This document shows, piece after piece, positions 50,447 through 64,000 of a stretch of 64,000 bases of DNA. The notes beneath the pieces were generated by a model that worked only from the letters and a program-made list of their open reading frames with translations, was not told the origin of the DNA and did not search any database. Source of the stretch: Paramecium tetraurelia (Eukaryota); the NCBI GenBank assembly GCA_000165425.1, contig CT868185.1, positions 186,001 through 250,000 on the forward strand, given 5' to 3'. Both the position numbers and the translations under genes were made by a program. Position 1 is the first letter of the stretch. Every line of letters starts with the position of its first letter.

Positions 50447-53400
50447 ATGATGGCTCGGATTTGTGTTATGTTGTTTTTAGTAATCTAGGTTTTGGCTAAA
50501 AAACAGAAGGATTTCTTATTCGATTTGAAATCAGGTAAATCAGTGTCAGTGGAATTGCCTGAGAAGTGGGAAAAGGATTTTATCATTATGTATGTTCGAC
50601 CATAGCAGAATGAGAAGAAGAGTGATATTGGGGAGATCCTAATAAAAAGCAAAGATGAGGAGTTTAAGTTGAGCAAATTTTACGAGACTGCATTATTTAC
50701 GATTAAATCTGATGACATCAATTTAAAATGCCTTAGTGTTCCATGTAAGGGTAGGATTACAGTAATAAACAATGATGCAATTGAATTGAGTAGTAAGAGT
50801 ACAGAGTTGATTTTGACTCAGAAACTGCCTGTTTAAGTGATTTCTATGCAACTACCTAGTAAATATAGTAGGATGGTGGGAGAATTTAAATTGGAAGATG
50901 ATGAATCAGACAAAATAAACATAGAAGTATTTGAAGAGAAGGCTAAACTCTATGGAGATGAAGTTTAGTTGACAGTGGCTGTAAATAGGAAGGATTGTGA
51001 AAAATGCAAATTATTGGCTGTTTTGAGTGGAGATTTGAATCTTAAAGAAGAAGCAACAATAAATGGATAATTGTATTTGTATAAAGATGAAGAAGAAATT
51101 GAGATAAATTAAGAAGTGTAGGATTATTTGTTTGAAAGAGATGAGAACTCCTATTAATTGAAATTGCCTCAATAATTCAAAATTCTATAAATAGGAATAT
51201 TTGGAGATATGTTACCATTATTGAAAGTACACAAGAAGGATAATGTATTTTTTAATTCACAAGAACCAATATAATTGTAATAGAGAGGTCAAGCATTTCA
51301 TGTCATTTTGAGAAGAGAGGATATTGAAGGGGATGAAGTCACTATCAATTTGAGTTAAGGGGGTTCATTGAAATATCTGATGGTTGTGAAACTGATTGAT
51401 GAAGCCATACTTTACAATAATCAGTTGGTATTGTCTAAAATCTAAGATAAGGGTAAACACAATTATTAATTCAAAACTATCGAAAGTGAACAGGAGGTCG
51501 GAATTAAATTAGTATATTTTGAAAAAGGAGCTAACTCTATAAGAATAGCAGAATGTTAAGATGGCTGCTAATTTAGTGATGAAGATAATCACAATTTAAG
51601 ATTTTACAAACATGAATAGAAACCTGTAGTATTTGTGACACCACATTGTTAAAATAAAGATTAAGAAGGATTCTGTAGATTCTAATTAGAAATAACAAGT
51701 GATAATAAGAAAATCTATATGTTGACTACCTAAAATGATAATAATCAACGCATTCTTAAATCTGATGTTGCTTATACCAATTATTTGGAATAGTCATAAG
51801 AAGAACATCTCATTCTGAAATATGAAAAGTCAGATGATGATGAGGAATTAGTGTTCACAGTCAATACTCACAATATTGTCTACATGATTAGTAGAGACAG
51901 CAGTTGTTATCCTGTCAGAATGGAATGTGCAAAACACTTTGGAGGTGTGGATCATCTAGTCGTTCTTAGAGGAGATTAATTGAAACACACTCAATATTAT
52001 ATTACTTTAACAGCAAGAGAGACTACAATATTTCAATTTTTGGCCAAAGTCACTAAATTGAAAGACATTAATATCAAAGTATTAAGAGAGGATGAAACTT
52101 ATAGAGGAGTATTGGAATTGAAGGATGGATAATCCAAAATCCATTATTTTAGAGTCATGATTGATTTCAATCAAGTGGATCAGAATGTAGAAGTAATTGA
52201 TGAATAATAACCCACCATTGAATTTGCTATTCATTCTTCAAGATTGCAAGTAGCTTTGACTTTGAGATAAGGAAATTAATTGCCAACTCTCGAAGACTTC
52301 GATTTGATTGCTTATAATAACTATTTGGCCATCCTACCCCAAGATAATTTTTATTAGAGTTCTGGTAATTATACTATTGGAATTCTGAATATGTTTGAGA
52401 CATTCTAAGATAAGTAAATCATGTACACTATCACTTATTCCACTAGCAGAACTGTTAAAACTCTCCATGTTGGTTAACAATTTGTTGATCTAGCTAAAGG
52501 GTTCAAGTCTAAATACTTCAGTTTCTACTATGGTCAAAATACTACCCTATTTTATATTAGTTTATAAAGCAAAAACAATTCAAAATTAACTTTAACTGTT
52601 TAAAATGATATCAAATCAGATAATAATTCTCAATTCGCCAAGAGTAAAGATTCAAGTACACTTAAATTATCATAATCTGACTTAAATAGTTTGTGTTTAA
52701 ATGGTTTAACTCAAGAGGATAGAGATGAGGATTCAGGTGTTATGGATATTTGTTAGGCTTACATAATAATTGAAAATCACGGCAATGAAGATATCTTATT
52801 TAATATAAATGTTTGGAATCCCCAGGCTGCCTTAGAGCTGAAAGATGGACAGGAATACACATTCAATATAGAATACTTGATGTAAGAAACCTTCCTATAT
52901 TATAAAGTAATTTCAACTCAATCTGATGTTTAACTACACATTAATTCGCATTATGGATACACCAGATATCAAATTTAGATTCTGGATTCTCAAAATTTTT
53001 AAGAGGCTGATTCTCTTTATGCCAAAGAGGAATACAAAACATAACATTCTAAAAGTATACATTCTGATGCATTTCAATTCTGCAAACCTGATTGTGTATT
53101 GAAAATATTATTAGAAGCGAAACAGATAGAATACTAAAGCGATAGAGCAATCAATTTTGATGATACTGTGTAAGTCACAGTTACATAATCATACATGGAT
53201 CTCAAAAGTGGATTACCTATTTAAATTTCAGTAAGCAAGTTTAAGCCTAGGAAATTCATATTTTCAGAAATTAATGATATGACTCCTTAGTCGAAATTCA
53301 AATTGATCTTACATGAAATTTATGGCAAAGGATCAATTTGTCTCTAATTTAACGATGAAGATACCATTGGTTTTCATAAGTGTGAATATGAGGTATAAGG

Positions 53401-55785
53401 CAATGTCTTAGAGTTGAGTTAAGCAGAAATACAAGAGAAATTAACTCAACTCAATCTTACTCATAATCCGTATATTATAATTGAAATCGATTCTATAGCT
53501 GACCATAGCAAGTTTTAGTTATCTTTGGAAATATCAAACGATAGGAATAATCATAAATTGATGATGGGAGTGCCAACAAGAATCAAATTAGATGTTGACG
53601 AAGAAGTCCATTATCAATATTTTAATATCCTAACAGATGAAGACTTATACTTTAAAGTTATTAAGGTTTAAGGAACTTCTGTGATTGAAATCTCAAGATG
53701 TCTAGACAATATTCAAAAGGAATGCGAAGAAGAAACTATTATTAAAGAATAATTACTAGCAGGTCAATCTTACAATTAACACATCATTCATAAAAATGAC
53801 AATAAGAAATATTGTGAATTATGCACATACATCGTCAAAATCAAAACTGTTGTAACCATAGTAGATTTATTAATCGTAGTTACTTCCCAATTCAATTTTG
53901 TGTAATTGCCTTAAAATATTGCATTTACTGATTTCTTGGAGAATCAGAATGATTACAACATCTATCATTTTTCCTATAATACCGATCATTAAATTGAGGT
54001 CTAAGTGAATCAGTACAATGGTGACACTTAAATGTGGATTGGATACAATGCCGTGCTGGATTCCTCTAACTACTAATATGGACCGTATAACATTATTAAA
54101 TAACAGAAATTAATGAATACTACTGCATCAATTCCATACTATCAAGCTATCATCCCTCCAAGGGAACATTTAGAGGAAACTAATTATACTCCTTATGCAA
54201 ATGAATCTCATACTTTGGCAGGCCATTATAATGATGACGATCTCTATATCATTGTTAAGAATAACTAATAGAAGCCATCCAATTATTCTATATTGGTGAC
54301 TCAATCCACAACTGGAAATGGGTAACTTTTATAAGATGGAATCATAACATTTGCTTATTTAAGTAGATAAACCCCTGTTATTACATTATATCATCAATAT
54401 CGTTATCTGAGTTAACCATAATTAGTAGTTAAAATGACTCATTATAATAGAGATATGTAAATCTCAGATTACTTCAGAATAGAAGTATCTAATGAAACAG
54501 ATGCAGAAAATTTCACTCTACTTACACCTCTCTCTAGCAGACTAAATTAATAGATGTACATTTTACCAATTATGGAAGGACTGTTAACTATCAAAATTCA
54601 TAGCCTTCTAGAAATCAAAGGAAATGAAAATGCAAATATTGAATATTAATTTAATCGAGAAGGAAACGTTGTACCTATAAGAAATTACAAGATGAAGGAG
54701 AGATACGTTTATGGAAACAATTATTTAAATAGAATTGATTTATAAATCAGCATTGTAGGCAAGGAAGTCTTATTGATAGATGAAAAATCAAGTTAAAGTG
54801 ATTAGATCTATAATTCTTAATCCAAGTTCTATGAATCCTATATCCCTTATGAAGGTAAATTAGCTATTCAAGTGTACAATTGTTTAGGGGATTTGAATGT
54901 ATCAATAACTCAAGATTACGATTAATTCATTAAGGGGAAATTTAATAGTAGTAAGACAACTGTAGAAGGCTAATTAACAGATATTATAGTACCAGTTATG
55001 CCAGGAGCTGTTTACTTTAAGTTTTAGTCTGAGTAAAGTGTTTATAAGTTCACAACATAAGTGTACAAGGCATCAGACTTTGCTCCATTTGGACAATTGG
55101 TGATGGGAGGTGATGGTCAAATAAACTATTCATTTGAGACTTTTGATTCAGATTTTATTACTGTCAAATTCAAGCCATTGAAATGCGTAGGTTGTGATCT
55201 TCATCAAGAAATGAATAGTCTAATAAAATATTCTATCAGTTGGGGTAGTACAATCTAGTATGCTCATGTGATAGGTCTATGTCAATTTAATCAGTATGCA
55301 GAATATCACGTGAATCACACAAATAAATTCGATAAAGTAGACATTGGTCTATATGCACTTAATCATACTGAATCAATAGTCTTTAATATTACTGTTGGTA
55401 AATAATCAATGCATTCTGAATTGTTTGTTGCTATACGTGCTCAAGTTCTAGTTTTTAACAATCTCACAATTCAAGATTATGAGATGTATTATCATGTTGC
55501 TTAGATAGCCATGCCCAATCTTTCTCTGTACTGGTATAAACACAGATTTTATGAGTTTATCATCGGAGTAGCAATAGTTATTAGTGTACTTTTAGCATTG
55601 TAATAATTCTATTAATTATTAGATTATGTGTATTCTGTAAAATATATAGAAGAATAATAAAGTTAAAGTTGGAGAACCTGAATTTGCAATTAGAGAAGAA
55701 GATGGAGGAAGCAAAAGAGAAAGGAAAGAATTAGACGAAATATGAATCTTTGGATGATGAAAATAATGATTAATCAAATGTATGA
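50447..55785 (+). CDS. Large type I membrane protein (~1770 aa) with repeated beta-sandwich ectodomain modules
   Basis: Signal peptide MMARICVMLFLVIQVLA. One long exon plus intron 55600-55622. TM FIIGVAIVISVLLALLCVFC; cytosolic tail with YESL. Confidence 0.8.
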
Positions 55786-55849
55786 AAGGGAGTGTATTAA
55801 TAAACATTGTTATTAAATATAATTTTATATTTATTTTAATAAATTAAAA

Positions 55850-58800
55850 ATGGTCGACCTAATCAATCAAATCGATTTCAAAAGAGAGATTGTTAATCAG
55901 AATCAAACTGTACTATTGCCTCAAAATATCCAGGCAATTAAGGTACTTATTACATAATCAGAAATCATTGTAAATCTAGATTTAATTAATAGTTAGAACC
56001 TAATAGTAAAAGTCTTCCAATAGATACACGATTGATAGTCAATCGAAAAGACTTTCGTATTTCTGTTGAAGATCTTAAAAGTCGGAAACTACAAGAATCA
56101 GCTTAACTTTATTCTGCATTTTTGGGTTTCATTAACATTAAATAAGTGATATTTTTATTGATGGTGGATCGTTGTAGTCATCATCAATTGCATCCTCTCT
56201 ATAAGGATTTCTTTCACATTCACTCCACCAAATTTATAGCCTTGGACAATAGAGCAGCTTCTGTTACAGAAATCTAAGAAGCCGTATCAAACTTGAAAAA
56301 TCTACTCTCTAAAGGATTCTATTTCACTTATGAAAAATGTGATGATATTGACAGAGAAGAATTTATGTGGAATCGAGGACTATGCAAACAACTCTATACT
56401 TAACAAATAAAAAATTGGGATGTTCTAATGATCTAAGGATTTATGGATAGTTTTTCTGTCTATTTAGAAGGTAAAAGAGTATAAGTTGCTTTGATTGCCA
56501 AAAGATCTTTAAAGGCTCCAGGAACAAGATTGACTTAAACTGGAGTGTAGAAAGATGGCAGTGTAGCTAATTTTGTTGAAACTACTTAGATAGTAGTAGT
56601 CGCCAATTTGAAATGTTAATTTAAATAGATCAGAGGGAGTGTTCCTGTATTTTGGAGAGAATCAGGAAATTTATTAATGAAGAAATTAGAATTATATGGA
56701 ACTGAATAAGAAAATCAAATTGCATTTATAAATCATTTTAATAGGTTAGTGTAAAATTATGAAAGAGTTTTAGCTGTGAATTTAATGAATAAAAATAAAT
56801 AATAAGAGCATGATTTAATCTAGGCATATGAATTGGGAATTCATCAATATTAACCTGATAGATTAAAATATATATATTATAATTTTGATGAAATTACTCA
56901 AGGAGTTGATTTCCACATAATAAACCAAGACATTATGAAAATTGGTAATTTCATTAAGAATATGCAATTTGATGCCTATGATTTAGTAACTAATCAAAGA
57001 AAGTTGAAATAAAGAGGAATTGTTAGGACCAATTGTTTAGCATGCTTGGACAGAACAAATGTCTATTAATAGAGAGTTGGGTTATTGATGTTAGAATATC
57101 AATTGAAATGTATGGGATTGGATTTAGAGAGAATTTTGGGTTACAAGGTCTTGGAAATCAATGAGAACAATACCAAATTCTTGAATCCAATTATTTTGTT
57201 ATTTAAACAAATGTGGGGAGATCATGGAGATTACATAAGTTATCATTATACTGGAACTGGATCATTGCATACAAATTAAGATAGAGGTTAATAATCATTT
57301 TTGGCTATTTTGGGCAGTGGAATGGTACCTTTGAGTAGATTTTATAGAAATAATTTTAGTGAACATTTAAGATAGGAAAGTATTCTAACATTATTAGGAA
57401 ACTCAACATAAGATAAAATATATATTGACAATGACTAGTCTTATTTACCATTCACTACCTTAGTGGCAAATGATCTTTCAAAGATTGGATATGCAAATCT
57501 ACATTATATAAGCTATAAATTAAGTGAAGACTAATCTAAATATACTATTTATGCCATGAATGAAGATTAAAATATCTAAATTCAATGTTTCATTGAAAGT
57601 GGTAAAAAATACAATGAAGTTATTAAAATTCATAATGAATTAGATAGCAAATTCAGAACTGGACTTAAAATTAAGAATATTGACAATAAACGCTGTTTAA
57701 TAGTTGAATTAGGCACTATTAATTTATATTAATTAGCCTAAAATGAATTAGTTGCCTTTTCTGAATATCATTTGGTTCAAATATTACTTGACATGGCTCA
57801 ATAAATTAAACTCTATAAATCTTTAGGCTTATATCTAAATGGACTCACTGCAAAAAGCGTTTGGTTCTAATTTATTAATTAGAACCAATATAAATTATAT
57901 TTTGATATTATCACTTATATTCCAACTGTATTTGCATAGTATCCTACAACCATAAAACCTGATTATATGGACCCAATTATAATATAAAAAATTGATTAAT
58001 AGGAGTAGGCTTTGGAAAGACAAGAGAATATTGAAAACACAAATGATTTGATCACACAACACATTAACACCTTTACAGAGGAGCAAGTTGAATAAGCTCA
58101 AATCTGGATTTTGGCTAGAATAATCTATGTTATTCTATACTATCCTTAACCAAGTCAAACTAACAACATAGATATCATGTTACCAAATTTAAACTAAATG
58201 ATTGAGTTGAAGAAGTTTGCATCTTTGGCTCAATTACTAAAGCGAATGTTTAGATAGGATCTCCTATCCCCTATTCTTGATATTGATTAACTGATTTAAG
58301 AAGCACAAAATATTAAAAAACTATTAGGTAACCAGTCTTCTTTGATAATTCCTGACAAACCATTCAAATAAACATAATTTTAGGAAAAGCAACTCAAATC
58401 TTTAGTTGATTTGTGTAAACATTTCAGATGCTATGAGTAAGGATTATAAATAATTGTTTAATTGTAAAAATTGTTATAGGATGCTTAATTAGAAGATAAA
58501 GTGTAATTGGTTTCAGATCATTTGTTTTTTTTGATTTATTTGGGCAATATTGAAGAAGCTTTTGAGACTATGCTTGAATTTCAAGAATTATTGGATTAGT
58601 GCAATCAAGCAGAAATACCTGATTTAAAGTAAATAATTATTGATACAAATTTATTGTTTTTGAGACTCTTTTAAGAGGTAATAATTAATTTATACATAGT
58701 TTTAATAATTGAATTTTACGAGTTCTTAATTAAAAGAGATTTTACTAGAAGATCCCCCTTAAAATTTTACTCATCCTCTAAGATCAATCTTGTATTTAAT

Positions 58801-59204
58801 TTGGAGTGAGATTACTATTGAAGAAGATATTTAACTCAACTATGCTCTGAAGGCTTTAGAGTATTATAGTAGTTCCAAAGTACAACATGAGTATCTGAAG
58901 ATTTAGATTCACATCTAAATAATCAAGGGATATATTAAGAAGCTACAAACTTAGAAGGCTTAGGAGCACATTTAGAAAGCTTTAACCATTATAATAGGAG
59001 ACACTCTAGAGAAATGCAAATTATACATTGAATTAGCCAAAATAATGTTGGAATTGCAAGAAGTTAAACAAGCTAAAGAATTGTAACACTTATTATTTAA
59101 ATAGATATGAAAAAGCTATCAAGTCAGGAATTAAGGTATATAAAAACGACAAACATCCAGTTTTATTAGAGTGGCAATCCATTTTGGCCTAAATTAAATA
59201 GTGA
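55850..59204 (+). CDS. SAC-domain phosphoinositide phosphatase-like protein with C-terminal TPR-like helices
   Basis: FMWNRGL, GSVANFVETTQ, QIRGSVPVFW, VNLMNK, VRTNCLACLDRTN, WGDHGDYISYHYTGTGSL; helical tail AKELYEKAIK. Confidence 0.85.
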
Positions 59205-59249
59205 AATTTAATAATATTTATATATAATAATTTAATATTTTAGTTATAA

Positions 59250-62200
59250 ATGAACCAAAATCGTGAAACAACCCGTAATTAGTCCTATCGATAAAAAAAG
59301 TAATATTTAATAGTACTACAAGATAGAAACGATACTCGTTCATATGCACCTACCTTTGAAAATCTTTAGGCAAGAATAAGGGATTTTTCCTATAATAGAC
59401 TATATAATGCAGTGTCAAATTAAAAAAGAAGTGAATCTACACACTCCCAAATGCAACATCAAGACTTGTAGTAGATGTATCATACTCTTTTATTAAAGAA
59501 TTAAAAATATACTAGACAATGGAGTGAAATCATTTAGCAGTGGATTCAAATTGAGTGATATCCCTTATTCTCCTTAGTTGCAATCTCCAAATCAATTATT
59601 TTAATCCCCTAAATAGTTTGAATCAAGTAATCAGAAGCAATCTGTAAAACAGCATGAAGACCAATTTGAGATATTTGGATTGCATTCAGATAAACGTAAG
59701 AGAAAGGATGATCAAAATAACAAGGATGATTAATATTCAATTGAATATGCTAAATTAAAATAATAATTTGAACCAATTTCTAATATAAGTAGAAATTAAT
59801 TACCAGATTTAGTCAGAATAGCTCAACAAACATCAACCGATTATTATTCAAGTGCAAATAACAAATAAGTAGTATAATAAGACGATTAGAAATACTAGAA
59901 TGTAACTGATACTGAATAAAGTAAGGAGTATGATTCTAAGTATTTGGAATTGTAGCAAATATTAAAAAAATCTAATAATTAATGTAATGAGTTAAAAATA
60001 GAAAACAAAAATCTTAATATTCAATTAAAGGAGTTATAAAAGAAACTCTTAAATTTTAAAGAATAGCAAAAGGAATAGGATCAAGAATTTTAATATTTAT
60101 AACAATAAATTGAAGAATTTAACGATATCAATATTAATTTGAGGAGTTAAAATGATTAATTATTGTAAGAAATACAAGAATTAAAACATTTTATCACTAC
60201 TCAAAAACATAATATTTAATTGAATGAATTAAATCTTTCAAATAAAATTAAAAATTTAGAAATTGAAAAATAAAAATTTAAAGAAGATTACTAGAAAGCA
60301 TAAATTGTACTTTTTAGAGAAAGAGAAGACTCATCAGCAAAAGATGAAAAACTTTATGAGTTATAGAAGTAAATTGATTCCTTAAAAGATTCAATTTAAG
60401 AGCGATCCACTTAATCAAATTAATATTAATAAAAAATTAAAGATCTAACAAATTAACTAGATTAGTCAGCCTAAGAAAAGCAAGATTAATTCGATAATTT
60501 CTTATAAATTAAATAGACTTTATTAAATTAGATTGATTCATAATTTTAAGATCATTAATCATATTTAGATGTTTTCAAACAATAAGAATAGCTGAAGTAA
60601 GAAAATCAATCATTAAAAAACTTAAATAAAAAGATTTAGGAAGATGCAAATGAAGAACAGGGAATTATATAAAAATAAAATAAAAATCTAACCTCTTAAA
60701 TAGATTAGCTATAATAACAATCTGAATAAAATTAAAATAAGATTATGGAGTTGGAAAGTTATATTTAATAGTAATAATTATCTAGATAAGAATCAACCTC
60801 ACCTTAAAATGCTTATCAATTAGAACAATAATAAAATCTATTGAATTTAGAAAATTAATTGAAAGAGAAGAAAAACATCATAGATTAATTGAATTAATAA
60901 AATTCTTTGATTCAACTAGAATTAGAGGAGGCTAATTAATTAAATTCTGAATTAAAAAGGGATTTATAATACAATTAGGATTAATATTTAATTTTGGAAG
61001 AAGAAAAAAAAGGTCTCACTATAAAGATAGATTAATTGGAAGAAGGAAAAGATTTGCTTGAAAAATAAGTGGCTTTCAAAGATTCTAAAATAAATTAATT
61101 AAAAGAATATGTAAATGAATAGAAGTAAGAATTTGAATAAATTCAAGATGATTTATATATATAAATTGATAAAGAAAAATAGTTGTATAATAATCAAATT
61201 AATTAATTAGAAAATTAGTCGTCAAATTTCTAAGCTGAAATAGAGAGATTAATAGAATAAATAAATAATTAAAAAGACTTAATTGACAATTTAAATGTTT
61301 AAATCAAATAAAAGAATAATTTGATTTAATCTTTAAATGAAGATATTGATAATAATTTATAAACAAATAACGATTTGAATGATTAAATAAATGATTTTGA
61401 AAGTTAAAACGAATTACTCAATACTAAAATAGATAATTTGATTGGTGATTTGAAGGTTAAAGAAGATGACTACAATTAAATTAATGAATAATTTAGATAA
61501 TTATAAATTTAGCATTCCTTATTGAATGAATAATTGTAAGATGCATTGGATAGTCTTTAATAAGGAAATCAATCATAATAAATATTTAAATAGAAATTAG
61601 ATGTATCAAATTAATAACTTGATGAATTTTAAATGTAACTTAAGATAACAGAGGATGCTTTAATTGAAAAGAATGAACAACTTAATTTAGCAAAGTCAGA
61701 ATATGATTAATAAAAGAAAGAAAATTAATAATTATAGCAAGAGATAATTTAAGCTAATGATCAAATCAATGGGCTTTAGTATAATATTGATACATTGAAA
61801 AATGAAAATTTAACTCTAAAAGACGATTTAAAAATAGATAAATTAAACCTAAACGAAGTAATAAATATAAGTTAGGAGTGCAACAACAAAATAGAGGATT
61901 TATAAAACCAAAATTAAATTTTAATTAAAGAGAGTAACAATTTACAAGACGAAATACTCAAAAAAAAAGAAAGAATTAAGACTTTAGAGTAATAATTAAA
62001 AAATCAAAATCAATCTTGTTCATTATTATAAGATAGTTTGAATGATTTTAAAATGTAAAATGAAGAATTATTACAATAAAATTAGAATATATTTTAAGAA
62101 AAGTAAAGTTAAAAGGAAGAATATTAGTAGGTTCTCTATTAAGTTAATAAATTAATTTAAAATTGCGTAAATAAATTCAGTAGTTTTTAATTTAGGAAAT

Positions 62201-64000
62201 AAGATGATTAAAGTCAATAAGCAGAGGAAGGAAATAATCATGATATAGATTAAGAAGCTGATGATTTAATTTTAATAGAAGCTGATTTAAATCAATAACA
62301 AGCACTTCTATATAGTGGGATACATAATTTAATTGACATCATCAAATTCTAATTTGATGAAATCATTAATCTCAAGGCTGATTAAAATTTGAATAATGAA
62401 TAAAATTTAGTTGAAAAAAGAGAGCAAGAATCTTAAACTTGTGAAAAGCATATTCACAATGAAGAAAATGATAAATTATTAGATATTTAGGATTAAATCA
62501 ATTCATCAGCCAATCAGATTAAAGTAGAATAAAATAAAGAAAATGTATTAGAATTACAAAGTGGAAATTTAATTGAGGATGCTGAATCAAATAATTAAGA
62601 AGAATTACTAAATACAATAGAAAATTTAAGAGGTTAAATTTAAAACTAAGAATAAGAAATTAATTAATTAATTTTATATAATTAAGAATATTAAACTAAA
62701 ATAGAAGATCTTCAAAAGACTACAGAATCCTAAATAAAAAAGTAAATAGACTCAGATAATTGTAACAATAAATAAAAAGAAATAATAGAATAAAGTTAAT
62801 ATAGAATTTTAGATTTTGAAAATATGGTATTACAATTACGATAAGAGATCTAGGAAAAGGCAAACGCGATTTAAAGTTAACAAAAACAAATTGAAGAACT
62901 GATATAATAGGAGTTAGATATCAATTTCAAAATGACTGATTAAATTTAATAAAATGAAGAATTAAGTACTAAATTGCATCAATAGTAGTAAGAATTATTC
63001 GATCTATAGTAAAGGTGTCTTCAGTAAAGTTAAGAGTTAAGGATGAGATTATTATTGTTAGATTAGCTAGAGAAAGAGAATTTTGAGCTAGAATAGCTTA
63101 AAATAGGGCATGATTGAGTAGTGGAAGGGTTTAGGACGTTGTCAAATATGACATAAGCTTAGGTGCTCTAGATCGGTTTGAATGACTAAGTGACATGTGG
63201 CGCTAGGGGGGGATGTTAAACTAGATCTAATGTTAGTCTCNNNNNNNNNNNNNNNNNNNNNNNNNNNNNNNNNNNNNNNNNNNNNNNNNNNNNNNNNNNN
63301 NNNNNNNNNNNNNNNNNNNNNNNNNNNNNNNNNNNNNNNNNNNNNNNNNNNNNNNNNNNNNNNNNNNNNNNNNNNNNNNNNNNNNNNNNNGAAATTAAAA
63401 ATAAAATTTATTATTGGTTAGATTAGCTAGAGAAAAAGAATTTTGAACTAGAATAGCTTATATTAGAACTTAATTAAGAAGTGGAAAATATTTAGGGAAC
63501 AATTGTCAAATATAACATAAACTAAAAATACTCTAGAATCAAATTTAAATGAACTAAAATATCATGAAAACGCTTAAAAATTGGAATTATTAGAACTAGA
63601 ATCTAAATGTTAAATTCTTCAAGAAGAAACCTCAACGCAAACGAATAATTTAAAAGAGGAAAATATAAGATTGTAAGGATTAAATGAAACTTTAGAAATA
63701 TAAATTAAAGATTAAAAATCATAAAATATTGATCAACTAAAATAAATTGAATAGATAAATGAAAAATATAATTTAATAAATGAATAATTCACTTAATAAT
63801 AGAAAAATTTAAGTTTGTTTGAGTAAACAATCAATGAATAAAGAAATCAAATATAGGAAATCGATAATGGATAATCAAAATAAGAGTTAAATATATTAGC
63901 AATATAGCATGAATAACTAAAACTTCTTCATAATTAATTGATAATAGAAAAGGAGTAACAATTATCATATATTAATAAGTAATGTTAATAAGAAATTGAT
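59250..64000 (+). CDS. Very long Q/E/N/K-rich coiled-coil protein, 3'-truncated by the window end and interrupted by an assembly gap
   Basis: ATG59250, a 22-nt intron near 59478-59499, then continuous heptad-rich frame up to low-quality sequence at about 63020-63240, resuming after the N gap. Confidence 0.75.
63241..63390. other. Assembly gap (150 N) flanked by overlapping, degenerate duplicate sequence
   Basis: Run of N. 63061-63240 is an error-laden copy of 63421-63620 (gattagctagagaaa..gaattttga.ctagaatagctta..gtcaaatat). Confidence 0.9.

Noticed and set aside
63040..63620. Apparent ~200-nt direct repeat on either side of the N gap, including the listed ORF 63197-63421
   Set aside because: The left copy degrades progressively toward the gap (A-to-G miscalls, indels, G runs), which is typical of a low-quality read end overlapping the next contig. 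It is an assembly artefact, not a biological duplication.
1..64000. Retained IESs, transposons, rRNA or tRNA genes
   Set aside because: The CDS interruptions I resolved are GT-AG introns or single-base lesions rather than TA-bounded insertions. No transposase, RT or structured-RNA signature was recognised by eye; tRNAscan and Infernal were not run.

Overview
AT-rich, gene-dense ciliate macronuclear DNA, almost certainly Paramecium (aurelia-type). TAA/TAG read as Gln and only TGA is stop, introns are tiny (about 20-31 nt, GT-AG), and intergenic gaps are often under 100 nt. The supplied ORF track uses the standard code and is therefore fragmented or in the wrong frame, so I re-translated by hand with translation table 6. 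I find about 27 protein-coding genes and one clear pseudogene. Recognisable genes: PP2A scaffold A subunit, glycine decarboxylase P-protein, cyclophilin PPIL3, CK1, a DYRK-like kinase, cyclin Y-like, GPAT (Sct1/Gpt2-type), a TBC Rab-GAP, a laforin-like CBM20-CBM20-DSP and a SAC-domain protein. The most notable items are (i) a single-polypeptide DOMON-cytochrome b561-cytochrome b5-FNR trans-membrane electron chain, (ii) a Nup98-Nup96 autoproteolytic precursor carrying NIFN-type repeats (micronucleus-type in Tetrahymena) instead of GLFG repeats, and (iii) a SAM-FHA-FHA-RING protein. No rRNA, tRNA, CRISPR, telomere or transposon sequence was recognised. A 150-N gap near the end is flanked by a low-quality duplicated read end. 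All domain calls are motif recognition by eye; no database searches were run.
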